The translations under genes and the position numbers were made by a program. The notes beneath the pieces were generated by a model. It was not told the origin of the DNA, ran no database searches, and saw only the letters and a list, made by a program, of their open reading frames with translations. A DNA stretch of 64,000 nucleotides from Candidatus Levyibacteriota bacterium (GTDB lineage: Bacteria > Patescibacteriota > Microgenomatia > Levybacterales > UBA12049), in NCBI GenBank assembly GCA_029260905.1, contig JAJDCH010000002.1, forward strand, positions 79,546-143,545, given 5' to 3'. This document shows positions 37,336-48,434 of the stretch, in pieces. Within the stretch, counting starts at the first letter, position 1. Each line of letters begins with the position of its first letter.

Positions 37336-38279
37336 AGAAAGTATTAATTACAGGCGCCACGGGTTTTGCTGGCATGCACTTGATAGATCATCTATCAAAA
37401 GATAGTGAGATTGAGATTTTTGGCACCTCATTGACAACTTCAGGAAAAAATGAAAAAGGCACTGCAACAATTGAAAAAATTGACCTTACTGATTATCAGC
37501 AAGTTTTGGAATTGATTGAAAAAATAAAACCTGATCAGATTTACCACTTAGCCGCATTGACAGCTCCAGGGAAGAGTTTTGACAAATCAACGGAGGTGGT
37601 GCTTGCCAATATAGAAGTGGAGATGAATCTTTTAAATGCATTAAAAGAGAAAGAATTGAAAAGTGTCCGTGTGTTAATTGTTTCATCGGCTGAGGTTTAT
37701 GGTCTTGTAGAAAAAGAAGATCTTCCAGTTGATGAACAAACAAAACTGAATCCAGCAAATCCTTATGCTGTTTCAAAAATAGCACAAGATTTTTTAGGGT
37801 TACAATATTTTTTTTCTGAAAAAATGGACATCGTTAGGGTTCGGCCCTTCAATCATACAGGTCCAGGACAAAATGATTCATTTGTAATTCCTTCATTTGC
37901 TCATCAAATTGCTGAGATTGAAAAAGGAGAAAAAGAGCCTGTTTTAAGGGTTGGTAATCTTGATGCGAAAAGAGACATTAGTGATGTTCGTGATATTGTT
38001 AGGGGTTATGTATTGCTAATGGAGAAAGGAAAGGGCGGAGAGGTTTATAATATAGGGTCAGGAAAATCTTTCAAGATTGGAGAGCTTTTGGATATACTGC
38101 TTGCTTTGTCTGATAAGAAAATTGCTGTTGAAAAGGATCAGTCAAAAATACGTCCGATTGATGTTGTGGATACATATTCTGATAATTCAAAGATTAAAAA
38201 GTTAACAGGATGGAATCCTGAAATTCCAATTGAAAAAACTTTGAAAGAAACTCTGGACTACTGGAGAGCGTTATTGTAG
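37332..38279 (+). CDS. GDP-4-keto-6-deoxymannose reductase (Rmd-like) SDR
   Basis: GATGFAG, SSAEVYG, PYAVSK, RPFNHTGPGQ and GNLDAKRD motifs; directly upstream of gmd. Confidence 0.8.
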   Translation: MKKVLITGATGFAGMHLIDHLSKDSEIEIFGTSLTTSGKNEKGTATIEKIDLTDYQQVLELIEKIKPDQIYHLAALTAPGKSFDKSTEVVLANIEVEMNLLNALKEKELKSVRVLIVSSAEVYGLVEKEDLPVDEQTKLNPANPYAVSKIAQDFLGLQYFFSEKMDIVRVRPFNHTGPGQNDSFVIPSFAHQIAEIEKGEKEPVLRVGNLDAKRDISDVRDIVRGYVLLMEKGKGGEVYNIGSGKSFKIGELLDILLALSDKKIAVEKDQSKIRPIDVVDTYSDNSKIKKLTGWNPEIPIEKTLKETLDYWRALL

Positions 38280-38297
38280 AATTGTGATACTCGCTAA

Positions 38298-39272
<975 letters not shown>

Positions 39273-39317
39273 ATATCTGCTATTTCAAAACCCCCTTAAT
39301 TTTAGTAGAATTAGACC

Positions 39318-40280
39318 ATGGCAAGAATTGTTGTAGCTGGTGGTGCTGGCTTTATTGGATCGCACCTATGTAGAAAGCTTATAAATGATGGACATAGCGT
39401 TTTTTGTGTTGATAATTTAATAACTGGAGACAAGAAAAATATCACATCGCTTCTTGATAATCCTGCTTTTAGCTTTTTTAATATTGATATTAGTAACAGT
39501 CTTGATACAATCACTCAGCGAATTGGTGATATCAATTATATTTTCAATTTAGCAAGTCCTGCAAGTCCAAATAAAAATTCAGAAAAAAGCTATATTAATT
39601 ATCCGATCGAAACCCTGGTTGTAAATTCAAAAGGTACTCAAAATTTACTTGATCTAGCAAGAGAAAAAAAAGCTGTTTTTCTTTTTGCATCAACCTCAGA
39701 AGTTTATGGAGATCCTAAAGAATCTCCACAAAAAGAAACATATTTTGGCAATGTAAATCCAAATGGCGTAAGGTCTGTTTATGATGAAGCAAAAAGATAT
39801 GGTGAAGCAATTACTTTTGCCTACATGAGAAAATATGGAATTGATGCAAGGATCGTCAGGATTTTTAATACATATGGTCCATTTATGCAAAAAGATGATG
39901 GACGCGTGGTAACAGCATTTATAAATCAAGCGCTTGAGGGTTTGCCGATAACGATTTATGGAGACGGGAAACAGACAAGAAGTTTTTGTTTTGTGTCAGA
40001 CATGGTTGAGGGTTTGGTAAGGCTTGGAATCCAAGCTGGCTTGTCAGGTCAGATCGTAAACCTTGGAAATCCTGATGAGCGGAATATATTTGAAATCGCT
40101 GAAAGAATAAAAGAAATGACAGGAAGCAGTTCAGAAATTGTTTTTGAAGAATTGCCAGAAGATGATCCAAAGATAAGAAAGCCCGACATAACACGTGCTA
40201 AAGAAGTTTTGGGCTGGGAGCCAGCAGTAAGCCTTGAAGAAGGACTAAAACAAACAATAGAATATTTTCGGAATTTCTAA
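39318..40280 (+). CDS. UDP-glucuronate decarboxylase (UDP-xylose synthase-like)
   Basis: GGAGFIGSHL, LASPASP, ASTSEVYGDP, YDEAKR, RIFNTYGP, DGRVV and DDP..RKPDI motifs. Confidence 0.9.
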   Translation: MARIVVAGGAGFIGSHLCRKLINDGHSVFCVDNLITGDKKNITSLLDNPAFSFFNIDISNSLDTITQRIGDINYIFNLASPASPNKNSEKSYINYPIETLVVNSKGTQNLLDLAREKKAVFLFASTSEVYGDPKESPQKETYFGNVNPNGVRSVYDEAKRYGEAITFAYMRKYGIDARIVRIFNTYGPFMQKDDGRVVTAFINQALEGLPITIYGDGKQTRSFCFVSDMVEGLVRLGIQAGLSGQIVNLGNPDERNIFEIAERIKEMTGSSSEIVFEELPEDDPKIRKPDITRAKEVLGWEPAVSLEEGLKQTIEYFRNF

Positions 40281-40291
40281 TTATTAATAAT

Positions 40292-41527
40292 ATGAGAATA
40301 GCAATAATACTTCCAACGTATAATGAACGGGAAAATATAAAAAAAATGATTCCGCTTCTTGAGAAGAAAATTTTTCCTCAGATTAAAAATCATCAAATGG
40401 ATATTTTGGTAGTTGATGATAAATCTCCAGATCAAACGGCAGAGCAGGTTAGGTCTTTCATGAAGAAATGGAAAAATATAAAACTTCTTGAAGGAGATAA
40501 AAAAGGTTTGGGTTTTGCGTATGTGCGGGGAATGAAACATGCAATTGAGGATATGAAAGTAGATGCTGTTATGGAATTTGATGCTGACTTTCAGCATGAT
40601 CCAAGAGATATTCCTCGTTTGATTAAGGCTTTGGACAAGGGCGCTGATCATGTGATCGGAAGTAGGTATATAAAAGGTGGATCGATTCCAAAGGAATGGA
40701 GGATTGAGAGAAAATTTCTTAGCATTTTTGGGAATTTATTTACCAGATTTATCTGGCTTAATTTTAATATTCATGATATGACTTCGGGTTTTAAGCTTAC
40801 TAAAACCTCTTTTATTAAAAAAGTTGATCTAGACAATCTTTTTTCAAATAACTTTGCTTACAAAATGCATATTCTTCACGATGTGATAAAAGCAAAAGCC
40901 AAAGTAGTAGAGGTGCCAATAAAATTTCTTGAGCGGGAAAATGGAAAAAGTAAGATTAGCAAAAAAGACCAATTTGAGTCTTTTTATGTTGTTACCCGTC
41001 TTGGAATTTATGACAGAAAAAGATTTGTCAAATTTCTAATAGTCGGCGGGACAGGATTTCTGATTCAGATTCTGACGCAAGAGATAACCATAAATGTTGG
41101 ATTCGCTCTTTTTATTGCAGGTTTTATAAGCATTTTGATTAGTTATTTTTTTCCTCATTCAGACATCAATTCCTTGTCTCAGGGAGTTGGCGCGGGTTTT
41201 GGGGCTGAGGCTGCAATTCTTTCAAACTTTATGTTTAATAATTTCTGGACATTTAGTGACACTAATAAAATAAAAGATAGTTCTCATTTTTTAATAAAAC
41301 TTTTCAAATTTAATTCAACTTCATTTGCATCAATTGTTATTCAATCTCTTGCAGTCTGGTTGGGTGTGAAAGTATTTGGAGATAATCTAAATATTTTAGG
41401 TTATATTATTCCTATAAGAATCTTGATTGTTATTCCGACAATTATTTTTTTGGTTATACCATTAAATTATATTATTTATAATAAAATAATTTGGAAAACG
41501 CACAGGTTAAAGAAAATTTCTAATTAA
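40292..41527 (+). CDS. Polyprenol-phosphate glycosyltransferase (DPM1-like GT2) fused to a GtrA-like domain
   Basis: PTYNE, VDDKSPD, DADFQHDP, GSRY, and D.TSGF motifs; C-terminal KFLIVG..NF.FNNFWTF GtrA-like TM region. Confidence 0.9.
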   Translation: MRIAIILPTYNERENIKKMIPLLEKKIFPQIKNHQMDILVVDDKSPDQTAEQVRSFMKKWKNIKLLEGDKKGLGFAYVRGMKHAIEDMKVDAVMEFDADFQHDPRDIPRLIKALDKGADHVIGSRYIKGGSIPKEWRIERKFLSIFGNLFTRFIWLNFNIHDMTSGFKLTKTSFIKKVDLDNLFSNNFAYKMHILHDVIKAKAKVVEVPIKFLERENGKSKISKKDQFESFYVVTRLGIYDRKRFVKFLIVGGTGFLIQILTQEITINVGFALFIAGFISILISYFFPHSDINSLSQGVGAGFGAEAAILSNFMFNNFWTFSDTNKIKDSSHFLIKLFKFNSTSFASIVIQSLAVWLGVKVFGDNLNILGYIIPIRILIVIPTIIFLVIPLNYIIYNKIIWKTHRLKKISN

Positions 41528-41588
41528 CCTAATTTCCAAAATTGTTTATTGGGATTTAGGTTTTGGTTAGAACAGTTAGAAATTAACA

Positions 41589-43151
41589 ATGAAAAAAAAA
41601 CTAAACATAATTTTACTTTCCTTAATCCTTCTGCTTTCCGCTTTTCTCAGGCTTTACAAAATTTCGGATTATATGGTTTTTCTTGGAGATGAGGGACGAG
41701 ACGTGTTGGTTGTAAAACAAATCCTTGAGGGTGATCTTACCTTGCTCGGTCCCAGGTCGAGTGCAGGAGATTTTTTTACAGGACCTGTCTATTATTATAT
41801 GATTGCGCCTTTTCTTTGGTTATCAGGACTTGATCCTGTTGGCCCTGCAGTTATGATTGCGCTTTTGGGAATTGCAACTGTTTTTTTGATTTATTATGTC
41901 GCCTCAAAGTTTTTTAATAAAAGCGTTGGTCTGGTTGCAGCTTCACTATATGCAGTTTCTCCACTAGTTGTTGTATATTCACGATCTTCCTGGAACCCTA
42001 ATCCAATGCCGTTTTTTACACTTCTTTTGCTTTATGTTTTATATCTTGCTGTGCAAAATAAATCATGGAAATATTTTTTGGCAGTAGGATTTTTATATGG
42101 CATTGCTTTGCAGCTTCACTATATTGAGCTTTTTGTCGGTGTGATTGTTTTTTTCTTTACACTTTTTAGCTATTTCTATTTAAAAAGAAAAAATGTTTTT
42201 GTTTTGATTAAGCAATACTTGTTACTTCTTGGAGGTTTTTTAGCAGGTTTTTCTCCATTCCTTGCTTTTGAAATAAGGCATGGTTTTCCAAATACACGTA
42301 CGATTTTAAATTTTATTACAAATGGTGATCAAACAGGTGTGGATCTCTCGCACATGAATTCTATCCAGATAATAAAAGATGTTTTTTTCAGAGTTTTTGC
42401 ACGGACTCTTTGGGATTATCCAGCTATTGATTCTCAAAAATTATTTAATCCAACCACTCTTTTAATTTGGCAAATTGTGATTGTTCTTGGAGCTTTTGCA
42501 TCGATTTATTATCTATTTAGAATTAAGAACAGGCTTGTTTTGGCGCTTCTTTTTATGTGGCTTTTTTTTGGTGTAACTCTTTTTGGTTTTTATGAAAAAA
42601 TTATAAATGATTATAATTTTGAATTTTTATTTCCTTTGCCTTTTTTGCTGACGGGACATTTGCTTTATAGGATTTATAAGGAAAAAAAGTTTAAATTTTT
42701 AGGAAAAGTTGTCGCAGTTAGTGTTTTTCTTTTTATTTTTATTCATAGTTTTTATGGTTTACCATTTAGAAAACCAGCAAATAGACAGGTCAATCAGGCA
42801 AGGACAATATCTGAATTTGTTCTTTCAAAGACAAATGATAAACCATTTAATTTTGCATTATTAACTGGTGGAAATTCAGATCATGCATATAGATACTTCT
42901 TCAGTCTGAATGATCGTGATCCTGTTATTATTGAAAATCCTGAGAAAGATCCAGAAAGAAAGTCTGTTTCAGACCAATTGATGATTGTGTGTGAAGATAT
43001 TAATTGTAGGCCACTTGGTCATCCGCTTTTTGAAGTCGCTGGATTTGGAAGAGCAGAAATAGATGGGGAATGGGATGTTTCTGTTGTTAAGGTTTACAAA
43101 CTTGTTCATTACAAAGGTGATGGATCTGAGTTCTCAGAGGATAAAAGATAA
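41589..43151 (+). CDS. GT-C fold glycosyltransferase (PMT/ArnT-like)
   Basis: FLGDEGRD in the first extracellular loop, GPVYYY and SRSSWNPN motifs, more than 10 TM helices. Confidence 0.85.
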   Translation: MKKKLNIILLSLILLLSAFLRLYKISDYMVFLGDEGRDVLVVKQILEGDLTLLGPRSSAGDFFTGPVYYYMIAPFLWLSGLDPVGPAVMIALLGIATVFLIYYVASKFFNKSVGLVAASLYAVSPLVVVYSRSSWNPNPMPFFTLLLLYVLYLAVQNKSWKYFLAVGFLYGIALQLHYIELFVGVIVFFFTLFSYFYLKRKNVFVLIKQYLLLLGGFLAGFSPFLAFEIRHGFPNTRTILNFITNGDQTGVDLSHMNSIQIIKDVFFRVFARTLWDYPAIDSQKLFNPTTLLIWQIVIVLGAFASIYYLFRIKNRLVLALLFMWLFFGVTLFGFYEKIINDYNFEFLFPLPFLLTGHLLYRIYKEKKFKFLGKVVAVSVFLFIFIHSFYGLPFRKPANRQVNQARTISEFVLSKTNDKPFNFALLTGGNSDHAYRYFFSLNDRDPVIIENPEKDPERKSVSDQLMIVCEDINCRPLGHPLFEVAGFGRAEIDGEWDVSVVKVYKLVHYKGDGSEFSEDKR

Positions 43152-43204
43152 TGACTTCAAATTTTGGATTCTCCAAATAAGTAATAAAATTATTTCTCTA
43201 AGGC

Positions 43205-43236
43205 AAAAACCCCTCACCAAAAGATGAGGGGTTTTT
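43205..43236. terminator. Bidirectional intrinsic terminator
   Basis: AAAAACCCCTCA-ccaaaaga-TGAGGGGTTTTT between convergent genes. Confidence 0.85.
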
Positions 43237-43279
43237 AGATGTTCCTTGAAGTTCTTTAGAAATCTTCAAGGATATTAAA

Positions 43280-43423
43280 CTACTTTGATCCGATTTTGTA
43301 CATTCCTGTACCACAATCAGGACATTTTGATTTCAATGCCGGCTTTCCGTTTTTCATCGTAACCTTTTCTGGGTTATCGACTTCTTTTTTTGCTCGACAT
43401 TTTACACAATACATGCTTGCCAT
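43280..43423 (-). CDS. Small basic zinc-ribbon protein (DUF5679-like), 47 aa
   Basis: Below the ORF-track cutoff. Translates MASMYCVKCRAKKEVDNPEKVTMKNGKPALKSKCPDCGTGMYKIGSK; two CxxC pairs; strong SD AAAGGAGGTGA. Confidence 0.88.
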   Translation of the reverse strand: MASMYCVKCRAKKEVDNPEKVTMKNGKPALKSKCPDCGTGMYKIGSK

Positions 43424-43463
43424 ATTCTAATCACCTCCTTTCAGATAGCTAAAAAATTTAGCT

Positions 43464-43790
43464 TTATAACCTGAAAAAAATTTTTGCTATAATTTCAAAT
43501 ACGATTATAAAGCTGCTAAGATAAACTGTTTTTAACAAGTTTTTTTGGATTGATAGATGATCAATATTGGTTGTATTTTTTTCCTGAATAGATTGATTTT
43601 GGATTTTATTAAAAGTATAAGATTCCATACTTGGAAGCGACATGTAGTCTGTGGTTTGGACTGATGATTGGGGATTTTTGGGAGATTTAGTCTTCTCTTT
43701 AGCAAGAGTTTTTTTTGTGCTTGAAACACTTATCTCATGTCTCAAGTCGGCCATTATTTTTTCTTTCTTTGTTTTCTTCTTCTTAGCCAT
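43464..43790 (-). CDS. Hypothetical protein with basic N-terminus and C-terminal TM helix
   Basis: MAKKKKTKKEKIMADLR...; hydrophobic C-terminus; co-oriented upstream of the zinc-ribbon gene. Confidence 0.7.
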   Translation of the reverse strand: MAKKKKTKKEKIMADLRHEISVSSTKKTLAKEKTKSPKNPQSSVQTTDYMSLPSMESYTFNKIQNQSIQEKNTTNIDHLSIQKNLLKTVYLSSFIIVFEIIAKIFFRL

Positions 43791-43848
43791 GAGTTAGCCT
43801 AGATTACACTATTGACTTGCGACGTGTCAAGAGGCTAATATAATTCTT

Positions 43849-44316
43849 ATGCAGTTTTATATATCTCTAGTAGTGATCTTAATTGTTCTAATATGGCTTT
43901 TGGTGCTTACTTATTATTTAAGAAGAATAACATCTAGCTATGCGCTTTTTACACAAGGCGTACATAAGAAAACTCTTGAGGAGGTTTTGACTAGAATGCT
44001 CTCAGGTTTGCAGGTAGCAAAAAAAGATATTGCAGAGCTGACCAAAAGGTGTGCTACAATAGAAAAAGACGGTGAGTATCATATTCAAAAGATAGGGCTT
44101 TTGCGTTTCAATCCTTTTAAAGATACAGGAGGAGATCAAAGCTTTGTTCTGTCAATGATTGATGCTCATGATACTGGAGTAGTTGTTACGGCACTTTATT
44201 CAAGATCAGGTACTAGGTGGTATGCAAAAAAAATTAAAAATGGAAAAGGTGTTGATCATGAGCTCTCAGAAGAAGAAAAAAAGTCTTTAAAGCACGCAAA
44301 GGAAATTAAAGAATGA
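43849..44316 (+). CDS. DUF4446-like membrane-anchored protein
   Basis: N-terminal TM helix, coiled coil, QKIGLLRFNPF.DTGGDQSF..G.V.T.LYSR..TRWYAK..LSEEE. Confidence 0.8.
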   Translation: MQFYISLVVILIVLIWLLVLTYYLRRITSSYALFTQGVHKKTLEEVLTRMLSGLQVAKKDIAELTKRCATIEKDGEYHIQKIGLLRFNPFKDTGGDQSFVLSMIDAHDTGVVVTALYSRSGTRWYAKKIKNGKGVDHELSEEEKKSLKHAKEIKE

Positions 44317-45473
44317 AAAATAAAGCACTAATCATAATAGCAGTAATTATTTATATCGCATCAGCTGGCTTGTCATATGCTTTGTTTTCAAATGTTCCTG
44401 CTCTGGGTGGAGATGGCCCTGCAGATATTGCCGCATCAAAAGGAGAAATTAACAATGATTATGAGGCTCTGACATTTAATGGTGGTCCTAAAACAGAGGA
44501 GTGTCCACTAAATGGCGCAAAGTACTCTGAAGCTCAGAGAAAATGGTGGGAAACTCATAGACCTCTTGGTATTATGGTAGAAAATCATGTTGATTCTCGT
44601 CCCCAATCAGGACTTGGTTTTGCTGATGTAGTTTATGAAGCTGTTGCAGAGGGTGGTATTACTCGTTTTTTGGCAGTTTATCATTGTCAGGATGCAGGGA
44701 TTGTGGGGCCTGTTAGATCGGCAAGAACTTATTTTCTTGATTACATATCAGAATATGGCGAATATCCTTTGTACGCGCATGTAGGTGGCGCAAATACACC
44801 AGGACCAGCAAATGCTCTTGGACAAATTGATGAGTATGGTTGGGGGGCATATAATGATCTGAATCAATTCGCGATCGGGTTCCCTACTTTCAGAAGAGAT
44901 GAATCTCGTCTTGGTCGCTCAGTTGCCACAGAACATACTATGTATTCTGTAACAAGTAAGCTTTGGGAAGTTGGCTCAGATCGTGGTCTTACAAATGAAG
45001 ATGAGGATGGAAATTCATGGGACGAAGAATTTACGCCTTATTCTTTTAAAGAAGATAAGCCAGGCGCATCAGCTCAGACAGTTGGTGTTAGCTTTTGGGA
45101 TAGTGCAGGATATGCAGTAGAGTGGAAATACGATCCTGAATCCAATTCTTATCTCAGATCTAATGGCGGATCAGTGCACAAAGACAGAAACACCAACAAG
45201 CAAATATCAGCCAAAAATGTAGTTGTTCTTTTTATGACTGAGGGTCGGGCAAATGATGGTTATGAAGGCAATCTTCACATGCTTTATGGCACGAAGGGAA
45301 CAGGCAAAGCAAGTGTTTTTATGGATGGAAAAAGGATAAATGGTACATGGAAAAAGTCAGGTCGCACGGGAAGAACCGTCTTAGTTGATTCAACAGATTC
45401 TGAGATAGAATTTAATCGTGGAAAGATCTGGTTCATGATCCAGCCTCTAGATGGTCTAGTTACCTTGAAATAA
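44313..45473 (+). CDS. DUF3048 (YerB-like) exported protein
   Basis: RPL.IMVEN, RPQSGL..ADVVYE..AEGGITRF, GPVRSAR and NVVV motifs. Confidence 0.88.
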   Translation: MKNKALIIIAVIIYIASAGLSYALFSNVPALGGDGPADIAASKGEINNDYEALTFNGGPKTEECPLNGAKYSEAQRKWWETHRPLGIMVENHVDSRPQSGLGFADVVYEAVAEGGITRFLAVYHCQDAGIVGPVRSARTYFLDYISEYGEYPLYAHVGGANTPGPANALGQIDEYGWGAYNDLNQFAIGFPTFRRDESRLGRSVATEHTMYSVTSKLWEVGSDRGLTNEDEDGNSWDEEFTPYSFKEDKPGASAQTVGVSFWDSAGYAVEWKYDPESNSYLRSNGGSVHKDRNTNKQISAKNVVVLFMTEGRANDGYEGNLHMLYGTKGTGKASVFMDGKRINGTWKKSGRTGRTVLVDSTDSEIEFNRGKIWFMIQPLDGLVTLK

Positions 45474-45547
45474 GCCTAAAATTAGTTGACAAAGTGATCT
45501 GGAAAGTTCTATTCTGATTGTATACAGCATATCTTGCTGGTGTATTC

Positions 45548-47767
45548 ATGGATTATAAAAACAAAAAAGATCATAAAGCTGGCAAGAAAAGGCTAATTCG
45601 GGTAAATAAAAAAAAGGGAATAAATCTTCTCTATGCTGCATCAATTGCTTTCCTCCTCCTGATGACTCCACTTATAGTCATCCAATCCCAGCAAAGGACA
45701 CAGACACAAACTCAGGCAGCGCCAGCATGTATAGACAGAAAAACTGAAGATGCATGTGGAACGAAGGGGTGCGAATGGATTCCTCTTAAATGTGTCGGAA
45801 AAGAACAAAAAAATGATGCTGAATGTAAGCGAAGTGGAGTTGGCTTGCGAAATGAGTCAGGTTGTTTTTTTCGTGTAGCAGGTGGTGCAATACGACCAGC
45901 TCTTATTTGTAGACCACAATCTGGTACGGGAAAATGTGTCCAAAGAGCAACAGACCCTTCAAAGGAAAAAAAATCTATTGGGGGCAGTTGTACAGCAGAT
46001 TCGCAATGCGAGAGCGGAATTTGTGGACAACATCTTACTTGTGCTTCTACTCGCTGTAGCTCTTGGGGTAATCCAACTGATTGTAGTAGTGATAAAGCAA
46101 ATAAATGTGAATGGTCAGGAGGGCAAGGGGGTAATTGTATTGTAAAATCTTCAGCTGCGCCACCTGCAGCTAGTGGTAGTAAACCTTCAACCGGAACAGG
46201 CACAAATAATGGTACGACAACTGGTGGGTCAAACTCAGGTCCCGTTGCGTGTTCTTCAACTCCAAGCAATGATAATCAGTGTGCTAATGCTGGTGGAACT
46301 TGTGTTACTGATGCAGCGTTAGTTGGTGCAAAAGATGGAGACAAGTATGGAAATGGAACTGTCAAGACCTGTCTATGCTCAGGAGGGAATAATAGACGGT
46401 GTGTGGTGCCATCTGGAGGTGGTGCTCCTGCTGGGACAGGTTCAGGCGGGGTAGGAGCAGTAGATAAAGCAGATTATTGCACAGACGTTGGAGGAAAGGA
46501 GTGTAATGGCAATGATGTTTCTCTTTCAAATTCAGGTAGCTGTGGTGTTACTCGAAAATGCTGTAGGCCCGAAGGATCTTCAAGAACAGGAGCCTGTAAC
46601 ACTTCTCCTGCATCGGGCTCAGGAAGTGGGACTGGATCCTCCTCATCTGATTTTGATGCGAAATGTTATTTGGATAGGTACCCAGATGTCGCAGCAAATC
46701 CTGTTTATGGAAAAGATCCAGAAAGACATTATAATGAGCATGGAAAAGCAGAAAAAAGAATTCCTGGTTGTGATTCTTCTCCTGGTGCTGGTGGAAGCAT
46801 AGGCAAAGCTTGTCCAAAAGAGAAGGGATACTCAGGGGGAGACATAGGACCTGATAGCAAACCATGTCCAGTGATTCCTGATGATGCCAAAGGAGACCTG
46901 ACAATAAAACTTGATGGAATTTCAACTGATCCAAAAACAGATCCTAGAAATTTTGTTGCAAAGATTTATCCAGACAAGGATGTTGCAGGTAAATCTGGTT
47001 TAGCAGGTGCTGGTCAGGGTGTTGGCGGTGTGCCAGGAGACCCAGCAGTAAAGGCCGCCGCCGCCTACACAGCAACAGGCGAGTTGAAATGGGACAAAGT
47101 TTCAGGAGACTTCAAAAATTCTGAGTTTAAATTCCCAAATGTTCCCGATGGGGAATATCAGATCGTTGTACAGACAGATAGATATCTTGATGCTCAGCTG
47201 GTCAAAAGCGATGGAAACAAAGTCATTGCTCTTGGCCCAGGTAAGACATTTGCTGCAACAGCAACTATGTATGGTGGAGATGCAGGACCAAGTGTAAATC
47301 CTCCGCCATACGGGGATAATTTCGTAAATCTTCTTGACTACAATTTGGTACTTGGTTGTCTTGATGATAATGCGGTTGGGGTTTGTGAGGATACGGATTT
47401 TAATAGAGATGGTAAGGTGGATCAGAAGGACGTAGATATAGTGGTAGCATGTTCAAATGATAGTACTGGTGATAAATGTGATGGTTCTGATTTGAATAGA
47501 GATGGTAAGGTGGATCAGAAGGACGTAGATGTTGTTAAGGTATGTTTGGGAGGGGTCTGTAAGAAGAATAAGGAACTTGCTGATCTAAATGACGATGGTA
47601 AAGTAGATAAAGCAGATCTAGATATTGTTTCAAATAATTTTGGAAGAGTGGGGTTTGCATTTGAAACAGCAGAATTCAAGTGCGCGCCTGATCCACTATG
47701 TGAAGCAAAGGGAACAAGTATTCAGCTTTGCACCCTCGTCTGCTCTAGAAAGCAAGATCGAAGCTAA
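45548..47767 (+). CDS. Membrane-anchored Cys/Gly-rich surface protein with C-terminal dockerin-like Ca-binding repeats
   Basis: N-terminal TM then QQRTQTQTQA, many Cys-rich modules, FD..YL..YPDVA..HY..HG module, three DxNxDGKVDxxD repeats. ATG 45548 chosen because TTG 45518 sits only 2 nt from a -10 box. Confidence 0.8.
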   Translation: MDYKNKKDHKAGKKRLIRVNKKKGINLLYAASIAFLLLMTPLIVIQSQQRTQTQTQAAPACIDRKTEDACGTKGCEWIPLKCVGKEQKNDAECKRSGVGLRNESGCFFRVAGGAIRPALICRPQSGTGKCVQRATDPSKEKKSIGGSCTADSQCESGICGQHLTCASTRCSSWGNPTDCSSDKANKCEWSGGQGGNCIVKSSAAPPAASGSKPSTGTGTNNGTTTGGSNSGPVACSSTPSNDNQCANAGGTCVTDAALVGAKDGDKYGNGTVKTCLCSGGNNRRCVVPSGGGAPAGTGSGGVGAVDKADYCTDVGGKECNGNDVSLSNSGSCGVTRKCCRPEGSSRTGACNTSPASGSGSGTGSSSSDFDAKCYLDRYPDVAANPVYGKDPERHYNEHGKAEKRIPGCDSSPGAGGSIGKACPKEKGYSGGDIGPDSKPCPVIPDDAKGDLTIKLDGISTDPKTDPRNFVAKIYPDKDVAGKSGLAGAGQGVGGVPGDPAVKAAAAYTATGELKWDKVSGDFKNSEFKFPNVPDGEYQIVVQTDRYLDAQLVKSDGNKVIALGPGKTFAATATMYGGDAGPSVNPPPYGDNFVNLLDYNLVLGCLDDNAVGVCEDTDFNRDGKVDQKDVDIVVACSNDSTGDKCDGSDLNRDGKVDQKDVDVVKVCLGGVCKKNKELADLNDDGKVDKADLDIVSNNFGRVGFAFETAEFKCAPDPLCEAKGTSIQLCTLVCSRKQDRS
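47402..47530 (+). repeat. Exact 36-bp direct repeat with a 93-bp period in the dockerin-like region
   Basis: AATAGAGATGGTAAGGTGGATCAGAAGGACGTAGAT at 47402-47437 and 47495-47530. Confidence 0.9.
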
Positions 47768-47858
47768 GATTAAAATTAAGAAGCTCGTTTGTGATTCCAA
47801 TTTGATACTGTATTAACTCCTTGACTCCATAGATAATTAGCGATAAAATGAGCAAAAT

Positions 47859-48434
47859 ATGTTTGCAGATTTAATAACCTCCAAAACAAGAGTAAAGCTA
47901 CTGAAACTTTTTCTCACGCAACCTTCGGAAATGTACCATGTGCGAGAGTGTGTAAGACGAACAGAAGAAGAAATAAATGCAGTGAGACGAGAGTTGATAC
48001 TTCTTGAAAAAAAGGGAATTCTTCAGAAAGAACCACGTGCCAATAGAGTTTATTATTCACTTTCCAAAGAATATCCATATTATTACGATTTACTTCGAAT
48101 TGGAGCAAAGACAATTGGTCTTGGAAGGGCAATTATTGATAATAGAGCAAAAATTGGCAAGATAAAATATGCATTTTTTTCAGGTCGTTTTGTAAGGCGC
48201 ATCAAAGAGTCGCCTGAGGAGGTTGATTTGATGTTAGTTGGGACTGTTGTTCTTCCTGAGTTATCTCTTCTTGTCAGAGCTGAAGAATCAAGACTTGGAA
48301 CAGAAATTAACTATACTGCAATGACAGAAGATGAGTTAAAATTCCGCAAAACCAGAAATGATCCTTTTCTGGCTGGGATTCTTGCAGGATCGCGAATAAT
48401 GCTTATTGGGGATGAGGAGAGTATGCTTTCATGA
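47859..48434 (+). CDS. Winged-HTH + degenerate nucleotidyltransferase-like regulator
   Basis: SKTRVKLL..YHVRE..R..NAVRREL..L...G.L wHTH; YAFFSGRF....EVDLMLVG Pol-beta-like remnant. Promoter TTGACT-17-TAAAAT at 47821-47849. Confidence 0.75.
   Translation: MFADLITSKTRVKLLKLFLTQPSEMYHVRECVRRTEEEINAVRRELILLEKKGILQKEPRANRVYYSLSKEYPYYYDLLRIGAKTIGLGRAIIDNRAKIGKIKYAFFSGRFVRRIKESPEEVDLMLVGTVVLPELSLLVRAEESRLGTEINYTAMTEDELKFRKTRNDPFLAGILAGSRIMLIGDEESMLS

Noticed and set aside
47402-47530. CRISPR array from the 36-bp repeats
   Set aside because: Two copies only, in frame inside a protein domain, with no cas genes.
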